Virus record (IMG/VR): IMGVR_UViG_3300025276_004419
Span: 32,001-96,000 of that record
From: a virus
Length of the DNA: 64,000 nucleotides
Reading direction: 5' to 3' (one strand)
The notes below the pieces were generated by a model, which worked only from the letters and a program-made list of their open reading frames with translations, was not told where the DNA came from and searched no databases. Shown here piece by piece: positions 27,384 to 36,953 of this stretch (position 1 is its first letter; the number at the start of each line of letters is the position of its first letter). Position numbers and translations under genes: made by a program.

Positions 27384-29099
27384 ATGGATAACAATAGTTT
27401 AGTAGCAGATTACTCCCTATGGGAAAGAGGTAAAGATTACCCTGAATTTTTTGATGATGTAGCTTTATCTACAATATCAAAGGGATATTTAATGCCTGGG
27501 GAAACTCCCCGCAAAGCGTATAAACGTGTCGCTAATGCTGTAGCTGATAGATTAAACAGACCAGATTTAGCAAATAAATTTTTTAAATACATTTGGAATG
27601 GATGGATTGGTCTTGCTAGCCCTGTTCTCAGTAATACTGGTACTGATAGGGGCTTGCCAATTAGCTGTTTTGGTATTGATACTCCGGATTCGGTCCGTGG
27701 TATTGGACTCACTAATGCAGAGCTTATGCGCCTTACTTCATACGGGGGAGGCGTGGGAATATCCCTTAGCAGAATTAGAGGAAGAGGAGAAAGTATAACT
27801 GGAAATGGTAAAAGTGAAGGTATTGTACCTTGGGCTAAAATTTATGATTCAACTATTATTGCTACTAATCAAGGTAGTGTAAGACGTGGAGCCTCATCAG
27901 TAAATTTAGATATTAATCATACTGATATTAAAGAATTTTTACAAATTCGTAGACCCAAAGGTGATCCTAATAGACAATGTTTGAATTTACATCAGGCTGT
28001 AATGGTAGATGACGCGTTTATGAAGCGCTTACAGGATCGAGACAGCGAGGCCATGTCACTATGGCTTGAAATACTTAAATCCCGCGTAGAAACCGGAGAA
28101 CCCTACATAATGTTTAAGGACAATGTTAACAAAGACAACCCTTTAGCTTATCGTATGAATAATCTAGATGTTTCTATGACTAACATTTGTACTGAAATTA
28201 CTTTACATACAGATGAGGAACATAGTTTTATTTGTTGTTTATCTTCTTTAAACTTAGCTAAGTATGATGAGTGGAAAAACACAGATGTAGTTGAAATTGC
28301 TACTTACTTCTTAGATGGTGTAATGGAGGAATTTATCCAAAAAACGAATGGTAAGGATTCAATGATTCGTACTCATCGTTCAGCTAAAAAAGGAAGAGCA
28401 TTAGGTTTAGGTGTAATGGGATGGCATACATTCCTACAGCAAAAAAACCTAGCATTTAACTCAATTGGTGCTACAGCCTGGACACACACCATTTTTAGTG
28501 ATATTCAAAGAAAAGCTGAAGCAGCTTCACGCCAAATGGCAATTGAATATGGAGAACCTACTTGGTGTAAGGGTACAGGTATGAGAAATACTCACTTGTT
28601 AGCAATTGCTCCAACTGTATCTAATTCTCGTATTAATAACTGTTCAGCAGGTATTGAACCACAACCAGCTAACATTTATGTGTTTAATGGTGCTAAAGGA
28701 ACATTTATTGTAAAAAATCCTGAATTAGAAAAACTACTAGTTGAAAAGAAACATAATACAACTCGTGTTTGGGATCAAATTATGGGTGACAATGGTTCTG
28801 TAATGGGTCTGTCTAATGACATATTAACAGAAGATGAAAAGGAAGTATTTATGACATTCCCAGAAATCAACCAATTAGCTTTAGTTCAACAAGCAGCTAC
28901 ACGCCAAAAATACATTGATCAAACTCAATCGTTAAACTTAGCATTTGATCCAACGGATTCTCCAAAATGGATTAATCAGGTTCATATGGAAGCATGGAAA
29001 TTAGGTATTAAAACATTGTATTATCTACGTACAGATTCCGTGATTAAAGGTGATTTAGGTTCTCGTACTACTGAGGATTGTTTATCTTGTGATGGGTAG
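27384..29099 (+). CDS. nrdA: Class I ribonucleotide reductase alpha subunit (no ATP cone)
   Basis: SPVLSN, LPISCF, GGGVG, TNICTEI, CCLSSLN, AIAPT, KTLYYLR, C-terminal CLSC. Confidence 0.95.
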   Translation: MDNNSLVADYSLWERGKDYPEFFDDVALSTISKGYLMPGETPRKAYKRVANAVADRLNRPDLANKFFKYIWNGWIGLASPVLSNTGTDRGLPISCFGIDTPDSVRGIGLTNAELMRLTSYGGGVGISLSRIRGRGESITGNGKSEGIVPWAKIYDSTIIATNQGSVRRGASSVNLDINHTDIKEFLQIRRPKGDPNRQCLNLHQAVMVDDAFMKRLQDRDSEAMSLWLEILKSRVETGEPYIMFKDNVNKDNPLAYRMNNLDVSMTNICTEITLHTDEEHSFICCLSSLNLAKYDEWKNTDVVEIATYFLDGVMEEFIQKTNGKDSMIRTHRSAKKGRALGLGVMGWHTFLQQKNLAFNSIGATAWTHTIFSDIQRKAEAASRQMAIEYGEPTWCKGTGMRNTHLLAIAPTVSNSRINNCSAGIEPQPANIYVFNGAKGTFIVKNPELEKLLVEKKHNTTRVWDQIMGDNGSVMGLSNDILTEDEKEVFMTFPEINQLALVQQAATRQKYIDQTQSLNLAFDPTDSPKWINQVHMEAWKLGIKTLYYLRTDSVIKGDLGSRTTEDCLSCDG

Positions 29100-29100
29100 T

Positions 29101-29111
29101 AATATTTATTA
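29101..29111 (+). promoter_or_regulatory. Putative late-promoter motif AATATTTATTA
   Basis: Upstream of 29134. Confidence 0.55.
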
Positions 29112-29133
29112 ACGTAATTTTAAAAACTTAATT

Positions 29134-29334
29134 ATGAAAAAAGTATTAGATTTTATTAAAAAGATCTTTACAATTGTTAAAGATTGGATTGTAGCTAATG
29201 GTGTTGAAGGTGTATTAGGCTTAATTGCTGGTCTCATTCTATGGACATTTGGTTTCAAAATCTACGCAGGATTTGCCTTTGGTGTATTTGCAACTCGTAA
29301 TTGGGATATGGTAAAAGGTTTATTTAAAAAGTAA
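29134..29334 (+). CDS. Small membrane protein
   Basis: 66 aa with a hydrophobic Gly-rich segment. Confidence 0.7.
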   Translation: MKKVLDFIKKIFTIVKDWIVANGVEGVLGLIAGLILWTFGFKIYAGFAFGVFATRNWDMVKGLFKK

Positions 29335-29353
29335 AATAATTACTATTTTATGT

Positions 29354-29382
29354 AAAGGGGACCCTATTTAGGGTCCCTTTTT
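29354..29382 (+). terminator. Rho-independent terminator-like hairpin
   Basis: GGGACCCT-attt-AGGGTCCC 8-bp stem flanked by AAAG and a T run. Confidence 0.7.
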
Positions 29383-29394
29383 ATATTTATATAT

Positions 29395-29931
29395 GTGGAT
29401 AGCAGAAAGTACATATTAACTTTCATACTATGCCTCCTTTCAATAAGTTCTTATTCTCAATCAAGTAGTTTTCCTAATAGTTTCATTAAATCAATTGAAC
29501 ATGGAGTGTATATTGACCACCATCTTGTTTTCCCTTATACGCACCTTGGTTTAACTACAAATTCAAATTTATCACTTGAATTAGGGATGATCGATCTTCC
29601 TTCTACAGTAAATTTCAGTTTTAATAACGTTATTCAACAGAATGCTGGACGATTTAGATATTTACTCCAACCAGTTGAAGAATTTGCTGAATACAAGGGA
29701 CGACCACGTAAAAAGGAGTTTACGTTTCTTATGGGGGTGGTTATCCAAAAAAATAATTTTAGATACTTTTTACAAGGAGGAAGATCTACAACAGAAACCA
29801 TAATCATTAAATTCTCACATTATTACCGTGTAGTCAATAATGATGGCGCTTTTATGGATATAGGCATACACTACCAGTTAGGGGAAAAACGTAATTTTAT
29901 ATTCTTTGGGTATAGTTGGGGGATATTTTGA
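29395..29931 (+). CDS. Exported protein, possible small outer-membrane beta-barrel
   Basis: Signal-peptide-like N-terminus (RKYILTFILCLLSISSYSQ); amphipathic strands; ends FFGYSWGIF. Confidence 0.55.
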   Translation: MDSRKYILTFILCLLSISSYSQSSSFPNSFIKSIEHGVYIDHHLVFPYTHLGLTTNSNLSLELGMIDLPSTVNFSFNNVIQQNAGRFRYLLQPVEEFAEYKGRPRKKEFTFLMGVVIQKNNFRYFLQGGRSTTETIIIKFSHYYRVVNNDGAFMDIGIHYQLGEKRNFIFFGYSWGIF

Positions 29932-29972
29932 TATGTATAACCATATAATTAGTTACAATTAAGCGTTTTTAT

Positions 29973-30221
29973 ATGTTCAACAATATAAAAAATAAAATCA
30001 TGGCCTTTAAAGATATTTTTAAAGACGAAAATAGCTACAATGAAAAAACTATAATTGGTTTTTTATCATTTGCCGTAATGGTAGTATTTGCTACCACCGA
30101 TATAGTTACTGGTATTATGGGTAAAGAATTAATTATAAGCGATTCAATATTTAACTCATTTGTATTAGTTACTTTGGGTAGTTTTGGTATAGCTGGCTTA
30201 GAAAAATTTGCTAAAAAATGA
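29973..30221 (+). CDS. Small two-TM membrane protein (holin-like)
   Basis: Two hydrophobic helices; basic C-terminus. Confidence 0.6.
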   Translation: MFNNIKNKIMAFKDIFKDENSYNEKTIIGFLSFAVMVVFATTDIVTGIMGKELIISDSIFNSFVLVTLGSFGIAGLEKFAKK

Positions 30222-31429
30222 AAAAAATACTACTATTATTAGGGATGTTTCTTAGCTTTTCTGTTAATGCTCAATCCCCTGCAGCTTTAGGTAAACAAAA
30301 ATTCTTTAAAGGTCTATATGAAGACTTTTTAAAGTATGGTACTGTGTATGCTACAGGAGATATTTCAAACTCTGTAGAAGCTCAATATCCAACATATATT
30401 TTAAGAACTAATGACAATGGAAGTATTTACTCAATTCCCACGGTAGAAGATGCTACAGATGTGTTCCCATTTGATTACACTTATAATATAGGGATTAGAA
30501 AGTTAGCAAGATTTGATTACGAAAGAAAACCTAAAAACTTCTATGATGGTAATGAAAGTCAATTAGTATATTCAGCACCAACATCAGCAATACAAGGATT
30601 AGAATATCAACTTCATTTTGAAAGAGAAAGATGGAATGGTAGAAATTTTAACAATCATAGAGTATTCTTTAAACATACAGGTAAATACCATATAGTAAAA
30701 GCAGAAACTAGAGAAGTAGGTAAAATTAATTTAAATTATAAATCTGCAGAAACTAGAGCAAGATTACCTATAGGAAAAAAATTCTCATTTTCTGCAGGGG
30801 CTATTGTAAGAGGGCACGATAGAGCCTATGGGTATAATCCATTTGAAATTTGGGTAAATGAAGAAACAACAGATGAATTTGGTAACACTTACCCTACTAA
30901 TCAATGGTATGGATTAGGGAGAGAGTATGGCTATTCAGACCACTTTACAGAAACAATTACAGAAGGAGATACTACACAAGATTGGGTATGGAGAAATGAA
31001 GACGGAAATCAAGTAGCCTCTTCAGATTTAGACTTTAGAGAAAGAATTATGCCTGGTTTAATAAATAGGTATAATACAGGAATATGGGATGCTTTAGATC
31101 CATTTGTTGAAATAGCCCCTATTATAGGGTTTGATTTTTATCATTATGAAGGTAAATTTTGGCTACATGCATTTGGAAATTGGATTCTTCCATACCACAA
31201 ATATATTGCGGGGTCTGAAGAATTTTCTTATCTAAATAGAAACAATTGGGTAGCTGGAGGTTTAAAACCAGATTCTCAACCTGAACAATGGAATGATTTC
31301 TCATCTGGTGTTTCATTTGGTTGGAAAGTAGGTAGAAATATTGGGATATTTGCTGAAGGTGAATATATGAAAATGTGGGATAGTAGATTATTCCAAACTA
31401 CCTTTGGTATAAACTATACATTTAAGTAA
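30218..31429 (+). CDS. Exported protein, probable outer-membrane beta-barrel
   Basis: Signal peptide MKKILLLLGMFLSFSVNAQ; aromatic-rich alternating strands; C-terminal FQTTFGINYTFK beta-signal-like. Confidence 0.6.
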   Translation: MKKILLLLGMFLSFSVNAQSPAALGKQKFFKGLYEDFLKYGTVYATGDISNSVEAQYPTYILRTNDNGSIYSIPTVEDATDVFPFDYTYNIGIRKLARFDYERKPKNFYDGNESQLVYSAPTSAIQGLEYQLHFERERWNGRNFNNHRVFFKHTGKYHIVKAETREVGKINLNYKSAETRARLPIGKKFSFSAGAIVRGHDRAYGYNPFEIWVNEETTDEFGNTYPTNQWYGLGREYGYSDHFTETITEGDTTQDWVWRNEDGNQVASSDLDFRERIMPGLINRYNTGIWDALDPFVEIAPIIGFDFYHYEGKFWLHAFGNWILPYHKYIAGSEEFSYLNRNNWVAGGLKPDSQPEQWNDFSSGVSFGWKVGRNIGIFAEGEYMKMWDSRLFQTTFGINYTFK

Positions 31430-31432
31430 AAG

Positions 31433-31717
31433 ATGGCTAAAGAATTAAGTGAAGGAACTAAAATTACTTTAGATTTAAAAACAATAGGAATTGTTGTATT
31501 TTTTATAGCTACTGTGGTTGGTATGTGGTTTTCCCTCCAAGCTGATATTCAAGAAGCTAAAGAATTACCAACACCTGAAATTCAAAGGATTGAATATGAT
31601 TTAAAGGATGAATTGATCCGTGAAACTATTATGGATACTGAAGAATCAGTAGAAGAAATAAAAGCACAATTAGATAAAATGGATCAAAGATTATACGAAC
31701 TCCAACAAAGAAGATAA
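31433..31717 (+). CDS. Membrane-anchored coiled-coil protein
   Basis: One TM helix followed by an acidic coiled coil. Confidence 0.65.
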   Translation: MAKELSEGTKITLDLKTIGIVVFFIATVVGMWFSLQADIQEAKELPTPEIQRIEYDLKDELIRETIMDTEESVEEIKAQLDKMDQRLYELQQRR

Positions 31718-32124
31718 TGAAAAATTTACTTTTAATTATAGGTTTCTTGTCATTACCTTTTTCTGTATTTTCTCAAGAATTTATTAATGATAAAAACTTT
31801 GATAAAAAAATTAAAGGTAACCCATTTGATGATGATAATGGGAAAATAGTTATAGTAGAATTTTGGGCTGATTTTAATAAAAATAATGCTTTTAAAGAAT
31901 GGGACCAACTCAAAGAAGTAACCTACTATAGATGTGATCTAGCAAAATCACCAGAACTTAAAGCTAAATATAAAATACGGATGGCTCCTACAATTTTAAT
32001 CTTTTCTGAAGGAGAACCTTATATTAAATTTAAAGCAAAAGCAGGATTAGATTTATTATGCCCTGTTGATGTACCAAAAATGGAAAGAGCAATAGAAGTA
32101 GTTAAACGAGAAGCACAATACTAA
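31717..32124 (+). CDS. Exported thioredoxin-fold protein lacking CxxC
   Basis: Signal peptide; IVIVEFWADFN in place of WCxxC; YKIRMAPTIL (cis-Pro motif). Confidence 0.7.
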   Translation: MKNLLLIIGFLSLPFSVFSQEFINDKNFDKKIKGNPFDDDNGKIVIVEFWADFNKNNAFKEWDQLKEVTYYRCDLAKSPELKAKYKIRMAPTILIFSEGEPYIKFKAKAGLDLLCPVDVPKMERAIEVVKREAQY

Positions 32125-32134
32125 ATATTTATAA
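32124..32134 (+). promoter_or_regulatory. Putative late-promoter motif AATATTTATAA
   Basis: Immediately upstream of the endolysin gene. Confidence 0.6.
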
Positions 32135-32136
32135 CT

Positions 32137-32610
32137 ATGATGTTAAGTAAAAATTTATCTTTAGGCGAGTTTACTCGATCCCAAACTGCTAAACGTAGAG
32201 GTATTGATAATACCCCAAAAGACAAACACTTAAAAGCAGCAAAACTATTAGCTGAAAACATCTTTCAACCTATTAGAGAATGTTTTGCTGTTCCAATCTT
32301 CATATCTTCAGGATATAGAAGTGATGCTTTAAATGAGGCTATTGGTGGTTCTAAAACTTCTCAACATTCAAAAGGTGAGGCAATTGACATAGATATGGAC
32401 CACAGAAATGGTCCTGAAAATGAAGAAATATTTCACTATATTAGAGAAAATTTACTATTCGATCAATTAATTTGGGAATTTGGAACTGATGAAAGACCTG
32501 ATTGGGTTCATGTTTCATATAATAGTGATGGAAAACAAAGAGGCCAAATCCTAACGGCTAAGAGAAATTCAGCAGGGAAAACCTATTATGTAAAGTCTTA
32601 TGAGGCTTAA
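32137..32610 (+). CDS. Endolysin, peptidase M15A family
   Basis: ISSGYRS..LN..IGGSKTSQHSKGEAID, DQLIWE, WVHVSY. Confidence 0.9.
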   Translation: MMLSKNLSLGEFTRSQTAKRRGIDNTPKDKHLKAAKLLAENIFQPIRECFAVPIFISSGYRSDALNEAIGGSKTSQHSKGEAIDIDMDHRNGPENEEIFHYIRENLLFDQLIWEFGTDERPDWVHVSYNSDGKQRGQILTAKRNSAGKTYYVKSYEA

Positions 32611-33049
32611 TCTCTCCCCAACTAATAGTATGAAATCAACAACATTAATTTTTTTAACTGTACCCATAGTGACTGCATCATTTTTATGCTCTTATTTTTT
32701 AGAACTTACAATGGGTAACGCAGAACAATATTTAGCCCTAATTGCAGTAATATTCATTGATGGTTTCTTTGGTATTGCCTTGGGTATAAAACGTGAAGGA
32801 TTCCAAACTCGTAAAGCCGTCCGTGTATTAAAACGTGCTGTAACTTGGATAGCTTTTTTAACCGTAATTTTAATGGTAGAAAGAGGATTTAAAGGGACAG
32901 TTTGGCTTAGTGAAGTAGTTATCATACCATTCGTGATATTACAATTAATTAGCTCCCTTAAGAACGCGTCTATGGCTGGATTTATAAAAACAGAAGAATT
33001 AAATAAAATTTTAGACCGCATAGACAATCATAAGGGCTTTAGAAAATAA
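32600..33049 (+). CDS. Holin (phage holin family 4-like)
   Basis: Three or more TM helices, IFIDGFFGI, SSLKNAS..G; adjacent to the endolysin gene. Confidence 0.75.
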   Translation: MRLNLSPTNSMKSTTLIFLTVPIVTASFLCSYFLELTMGNAEQYLALIAVIFIDGFFGIALGIKREGFQTRKAVRVLKRAVTWIAFLTVILMVERGFKGTVWLSEVVIIPFVILQLISSLKNASMAGFIKTEELNKILDRIDNHKGFRK

Positions 33050-33054
33050 ATCCC

Positions 33055-34182
33055 ATGTGGAAAAAAATACAAGAAAGGATATTTCCTTTTATAATCGCAA
33101 CCTCTGCCCTGTCAGTCTCTGCTTCGGCCGCTTTTTATTCAATTAGTGGCCTTAGTAAACTTTTTGCAGGAGCAGCCTTAGCAGTAATAATAATGACTAC
33201 TTCTTTAGAGGTAGCTAAATTAGTTATTGCTTCTTTACTCTACCAATATAGAAAAACTATTCCAAAACTGTTAAAGTATTATTTAACTGTAGCAGCAGTA
33301 ATATTAGTATTAATTACCTCAATGGGTATTTATGGTTTCCTATCAGCTGCTTACCAAGAAACAGCAGCTAAGGCTAGTAGTATAGATGCTCAAATATCAT
33401 TAATTGAGACTAAACGAGATAATGTAAAGGAACAACTCGCGGTTTACAGCGATGAAAAAACAAGTATTAATACTGCCGTGACTGAGTTGAGGTCCGGTTT
33501 ATCTAACAATAAAATCCAGTATAAAGACCGGGAAACTGGCCAAATAATTAATACAACTTCTAGTTCAACTCGTAGAGCATTAGAAAGACAACTAGACCAA
33601 GCGATTCTACGCCAAACCGAAATCAACACTAAAGTAGATGGTTTAAATGAAAGGCTATTTGAATATGAAACTGAAATAGTAGAAGTTACTATTAATAACG
33701 ACATAGCAGGTGAGTTAGGACCACTCAAATACCTTTCAGGATTAACAGGAACACCAATGGATAAGATTATAAATTATCTATTGTTAACTATTATATTTGT
33801 ATTTGACCCTTTAGCTATTGCTCTAGTAATTGCTGCTAATTATTCTTTTGAATTGTTAAAAGGGAAAACAAAGGAAAAAGTTAAAGTAGAAGCTCCATTA
33901 ATTCCAAGTTTAGAGGAATTAACTATAATTTCAGAAAAACAAAATGAACTTATCAAAACTCTAGAAATCATCAATTCCCCATCCCATTCAGATGTATTAA
34001 GAAAACTTAACAAACTGGATAAAATGGTAAATTTAGATGAAGAACCTCAACCTAATGTTGAAGAGGACGATGGGTTGGTTCTAGTAGAAAGACCCCATAG
34101 AATATATGGAACCCATACTATGGTAGTTCATAGGGACAATGTTCCAAAAGGATACAAACTTAAAAACGAAGTAACCCAATAA
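33055..34182 (+). CDS. Multi-pass membrane protein with long coiled coil
   Basis: N-terminal TMs (SAAFYSISGL, SLEVAKLV, TSMGIYGFLS), coiled coil, C-terminal TM (IFVFDPLAIAL). Confidence 0.7.
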   Translation: MWKKIQERIFPFIIATSALSVSASAAFYSISGLSKLFAGAALAVIIMTTSLEVAKLVIASLLYQYRKTIPKLLKYYLTVAAVILVLITSMGIYGFLSAAYQETAAKASSIDAQISLIETKRDNVKEQLAVYSDEKTSINTAVTELRSGLSNNKIQYKDRETGQIINTTSSSTRRALERQLDQAILRQTEINTKVDGLNERLFEYETEIVEVTINNDIAGELGPLKYLSGLTGTPMDKIINYLLLTIIFVFDPLAIALVIAANYSFELLKGKTKEKVKVEAPLIPSLEELTIISEKQNELIKTLEIINSPSHSDVLRKLNKLDKMVNLDEEPQPNVEEDDGLVLVERPHRIYGTHTMVVHRDNVPKGYKLKNEVTQ

Positions 34183-34205
34183 ATCGCAATTTTCAATAAT
34201 TTTAT

Positions 34206-34216
34206 AATATTTATTA
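34206..34216 (+). promoter_or_regulatory. Putative late-promoter motif AATATTTATTA
   Basis: Upstream of 34241. Confidence 0.55.
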
Positions 34217-34240
34217 ACAAATAACCTAATCTAATTCATC

Positions 34241-35086
34241 ATGTACGGAGCACAAGACCCAGGCAATTGGCAGAGTTTTAAAACAAGACAAGACATTCAA
34301 AGTTTACCTTTAATGGAGCAAAAGTCAAAGTTCATCCAAGAACAAGTAAATTTTGATAATGCTATGGCTGCTTTTTCAGCACAGGCTCACGTTGGTGGTA
34401 TTCAATATAACCCAGTATTAAGTGTTGCATTCGATGGATCAGCATTAAGCACTATTACTGGTTTCACATCAGGATTAGAAGTTACTTACACTCATGATGT
34501 TACTGTAACAGGTATACCTTCAATAATTGTACCTAATGGGTTACAAGGTGGGGGTTCAGGAGCCGCGATTACATACACTTTTGATTCTGCAATTTCTTCT
34601 AAAGTATTATTTTTTACTTATACACAAACACCAACTGTCAATGGAACTGGACTTGTAGCAGCGAATGTTTTAACATTAGACAACGAATTAGCTGCTGGTA
34701 TTACTGGTCAACCAACGACACCAGTTGATGACACATATGTAACTGAAACACTAACTTGGGCTACAGGAACTGGTGGTGTAGGAGGAGTAGATATTACTGC
34801 AACTATAGTAGTTGCTGGTAATACTGTAACTTCGGTTATTGCTACCGCAGCAACTGGAGTTTACCAACCCGGAAATACACTTACACTTGCTGGGACTAAT
34901 TTAGGTGGAACAGGTAATTTAGTTGTTACTTTACAAGTAGCAGATTTTACAGGTGATATTTTAAATCTTGCAGGAGGTGATAGATACATAGCACTAAATG
35001 GAGGATCTATAAATTCAGTGGGTGGACGTCCAGCACGAGATGTCTTTGCTGTTAGTGGTATAAACGACACTGCAATAGCAAATTAA
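34241..35086 (+). CDS. Thr/Gly/Val-rich beta-strand protein (putative virion decoration) with shared N-terminal module
   Basis: N-terminal WQSF-x5-I-x2-LPL-x-EQK-x-K motif shared with 44092; late motif upstream. Confidence 0.6.
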   Translation: MYGAQDPGNWQSFKTRQDIQSLPLMEQKSKFIQEQVNFDNAMAAFSAQAHVGGIQYNPVLSVAFDGSALSTITGFTSGLEVTYTHDVTVTGIPSIIVPNGLQGGGSGAAITYTFDSAISSKVLFFTYTQTPTVNGTGLVAANVLTLDNELAAGITGQPTTPVDDTYVTETLTWATGTGGVGGVDITATIVVAGNTVTSVIATAATGVYQPGNTLTLAGTNLGGTGNLVVTLQVADFTGDILNLAGGDRYIALNGGSINSVGGRPARDVFAVSGINDTAIAN

Positions 35087-35118
35087 TAGTACATTAATTT
35101 AAAACACATATAAAAATA

Positions 35119-35148
35119 TTTGGAGCCCCGAAAGGGGCTTCGTATATT
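35119..35148 (+). promoter_or_regulatory. Host-type promoter TTTGG-N17-CGTATATT with GAAA-tetraloop hairpin as spacer
   Basis: GAGCCCC-gaaa-GGGGCTT at 35123-35140. Confidence 0.7.
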
Positions 35149-35184
35149 TATGGTATAGAAATAAGTAAAAAAACAATAAAGGTT

Positions 35185-35442
35185 ATGACTTACAAAGAAT
35201 TAAATCAAGCATTAGAAAATTTAGGTGAAGATGAAATATTAGAATTCACATTCAATACTGAATTTTACAAATTCACCAAATTCGTCTTTAGTAGTAATAA
35301 AGCATCATATTCAGTTTCTCAGAACTACACATCAATGCAGGTTGATAAAATAAGTGATCGTTTTGTTAGTTTATATACTTACGATATGATGAGTCAACAA
35401 ACCAAATTTAAAATGTCAATTGAAGCAATTGAGCTAGTATAA
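35185..35442 (+). CDS. Hypothetical protein
   Basis: ORF track; downstream of a promoter. Confidence 0.65.
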   Translation: MTYKELNQALENLGEDEILEFTFNTEFYKFTKFVFSSNKASYSVSQNYTSMQVDKISDRFVSLYTYDMMSQQTKFKMSIEAIELV

Positions 35443-35645
35443 TGATATTTCGATTTGGAAAATATAAAGGTTATACATTAGCTGACGTTGAATTAAACGA
35501 TCCAAGCTATGTGAGGTGGGCACGAAATAATGCCCCCAACCTTATTCCAAAAAAAGCAACAAAAATAGTTGCCTCCGAAGAAGATGATGTGTATATTAAA
35601 GCTTATACAAATTTACCATTTATAGACCCAAGCGATGCTTTTTAG
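35442..35645 (+). CDS. Small protein with FGKYKG motif (exonuclease X C-terminal / DUF3820-like)
   Basis: MIFRFGKYKGYTLADV...DPSYVRWA. Confidence 0.65.
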   Translation: MIFRFGKYKGYTLADVELNDPSYVRWARNNAPNLIPKKATKIVASEEDDVYIKAYTNLPFIDPSDAF

Positions 35646-36168
35646 TTTTATTAAAGAATCAAATATACAACATAGCCGTGAAGTAGTTGAGCAGAATTTA
35701 GCGCGTTATCAGCCGTTAAATTACAATCGCTTCATGTGGTGGCGTAGTTATACGGATGGGATTAAGCCGTTGAGTAAACGCGTTACTCTCAAAGAAAGAA
35801 TTGTCAATGGTGATTTTAATGAGTCGTCATATTTTATGCAAGCCCAATTAGCTTTACATAATGCCAAAGATAAAGTAGACCTCACTAAACACAACCTTTC
35901 AGACCAGCTAGACATACTAGCTATGGATTTGACTCGATACAAACGTTTAATGGATGATTTTTATCGGGAGGACAATGAACGTTTAGAGGCATTATATGAT
36001 GCGTTTACCTCTACATTCAAAATGACTCGTAATGAGTTTATAAAAGAGATTTGTGATTGGCCTCTTGATTTATTATCTTATTACAAGTTCTGTATGGAGT
36101 TTAGATACGTAACACCAGCAGCTAATAGAAAAACAGCCCGAAGAGGTAGACCTAAAAAAACAAAATAA
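35635..36168 (+). CDS. Hypothetical protein
   Basis: ORF track; basic C-terminus RRGRPKK. Confidence 0.65.
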   Translation: MLFSFIKESNIQHSREVVEQNLARYQPLNYNRFMWWRSYTDGIKPLSKRVTLKERIVNGDFNESSYFMQAQLALHNAKDKVDLTKHNLSDQLDILAMDLTRYKRLMDDFYREDNERLEALYDAFTSTFKMTRNEFIKEICDWPLDLLSYYKFCMEFRYVTPAANRKTARRGRPKKTK

Positions 36169-36807
36169 ATGCAAGAAGAATTAAAATTACTAAACACAGT
36201 AGAATTACTAGGACATTATGGTAGTGATATAGTTCACGCTCAATCAGCTTGGACATCAACATCACGTGACTTAACTGAAAGTAAAATAGCAAGAATAGAT
36301 AAACTTCTAAACATGCTAGCTTCAGAAGGTCACCACACTCCATTTGAAAAATCTGGATTACATTTTTTAGTAAATGTAGACCAGGCAACACATATTCATC
36401 TTCTAAAACATAGAGTAGGAGTTTCAATTAATGGTGAATCAGCTCGTTATAAGGAATTAAAAGAAGATAAAATGATGATACCTTTAGATTGGTCAAATAC
36501 ATGGAAGGTAAAACTCATGAATTATACTGAAGAAGGGAATAAATTATATCATGAAGCTCTTGAATATTTTTCTCCTATCTTAGGACGTAAACGTGCTAAA
36601 GAATCAGCTCGTTTCTTTAAAACGTTTAATTCTCAGATTTCATTAGATATTATGTTTAATTGGAGAAGTTTTTACCACTTCCAAAAATTACGTAATAGCC
36701 CGGATGCTCAAAAGGAAGTAAGGGAATTAGCTGAGGAAATGCTTAACATAGTTAAGAATATTGAAGGTAATCCATTTGAAAAAACCATTAAGGCATTTGA
36801 ATTATGA
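36169..36807 (+). CDS. thyX: Flavin-dependent thymidylate synthase
   Basis: GHHTPFE, LLKHRVGVSINGESARY (ThyX motif), AKESARF, FNWRSF, AQKEVRELA. Confidence 0.92.
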   Translation: MQEELKLLNTVELLGHYGSDIVHAQSAWTSTSRDLTESKIARIDKLLNMLASEGHHTPFEKSGLHFLVNVDQATHIHLLKHRVGVSINGESARYKELKEDKMMIPLDWSNTWKVKLMNYTEEGNKLYHEALEYFSPILGRKRAKESARFFKTFNSQISLDIMFNWRSFYHFQKLRNSPDAQKEVRELAEEMLNIVKNIEGNPFEKTIKAFEL

Positions 36808-36953
36808 TGGAACTATTAAAACATAGTTTAGGTTTATGTGGGGAACATTGGCACCCAAATATTTTTACACTTTTATTAAGTGGACTTGGATTAGCACCTT
36901 CTTTTAATTATATTTATTATAAAGTAAAAAGTTATGATAAAAGTAAGTCATGA
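36804..36953 (+). CDS. Small hypothetical protein (49 aa, not in ORF track)
   Basis: MMELLKHSLGLCGEHWHPNIFTLLLSGLGLAPSFNYIYYKVKSYDKSKS; ATGA overlap with the thyX stop. Confidence 0.5.
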   Translation: MMELLKHSLGLCGEHWHPNIFTLLLSGLGLAPSFNYIYYKVKSYDKSKS

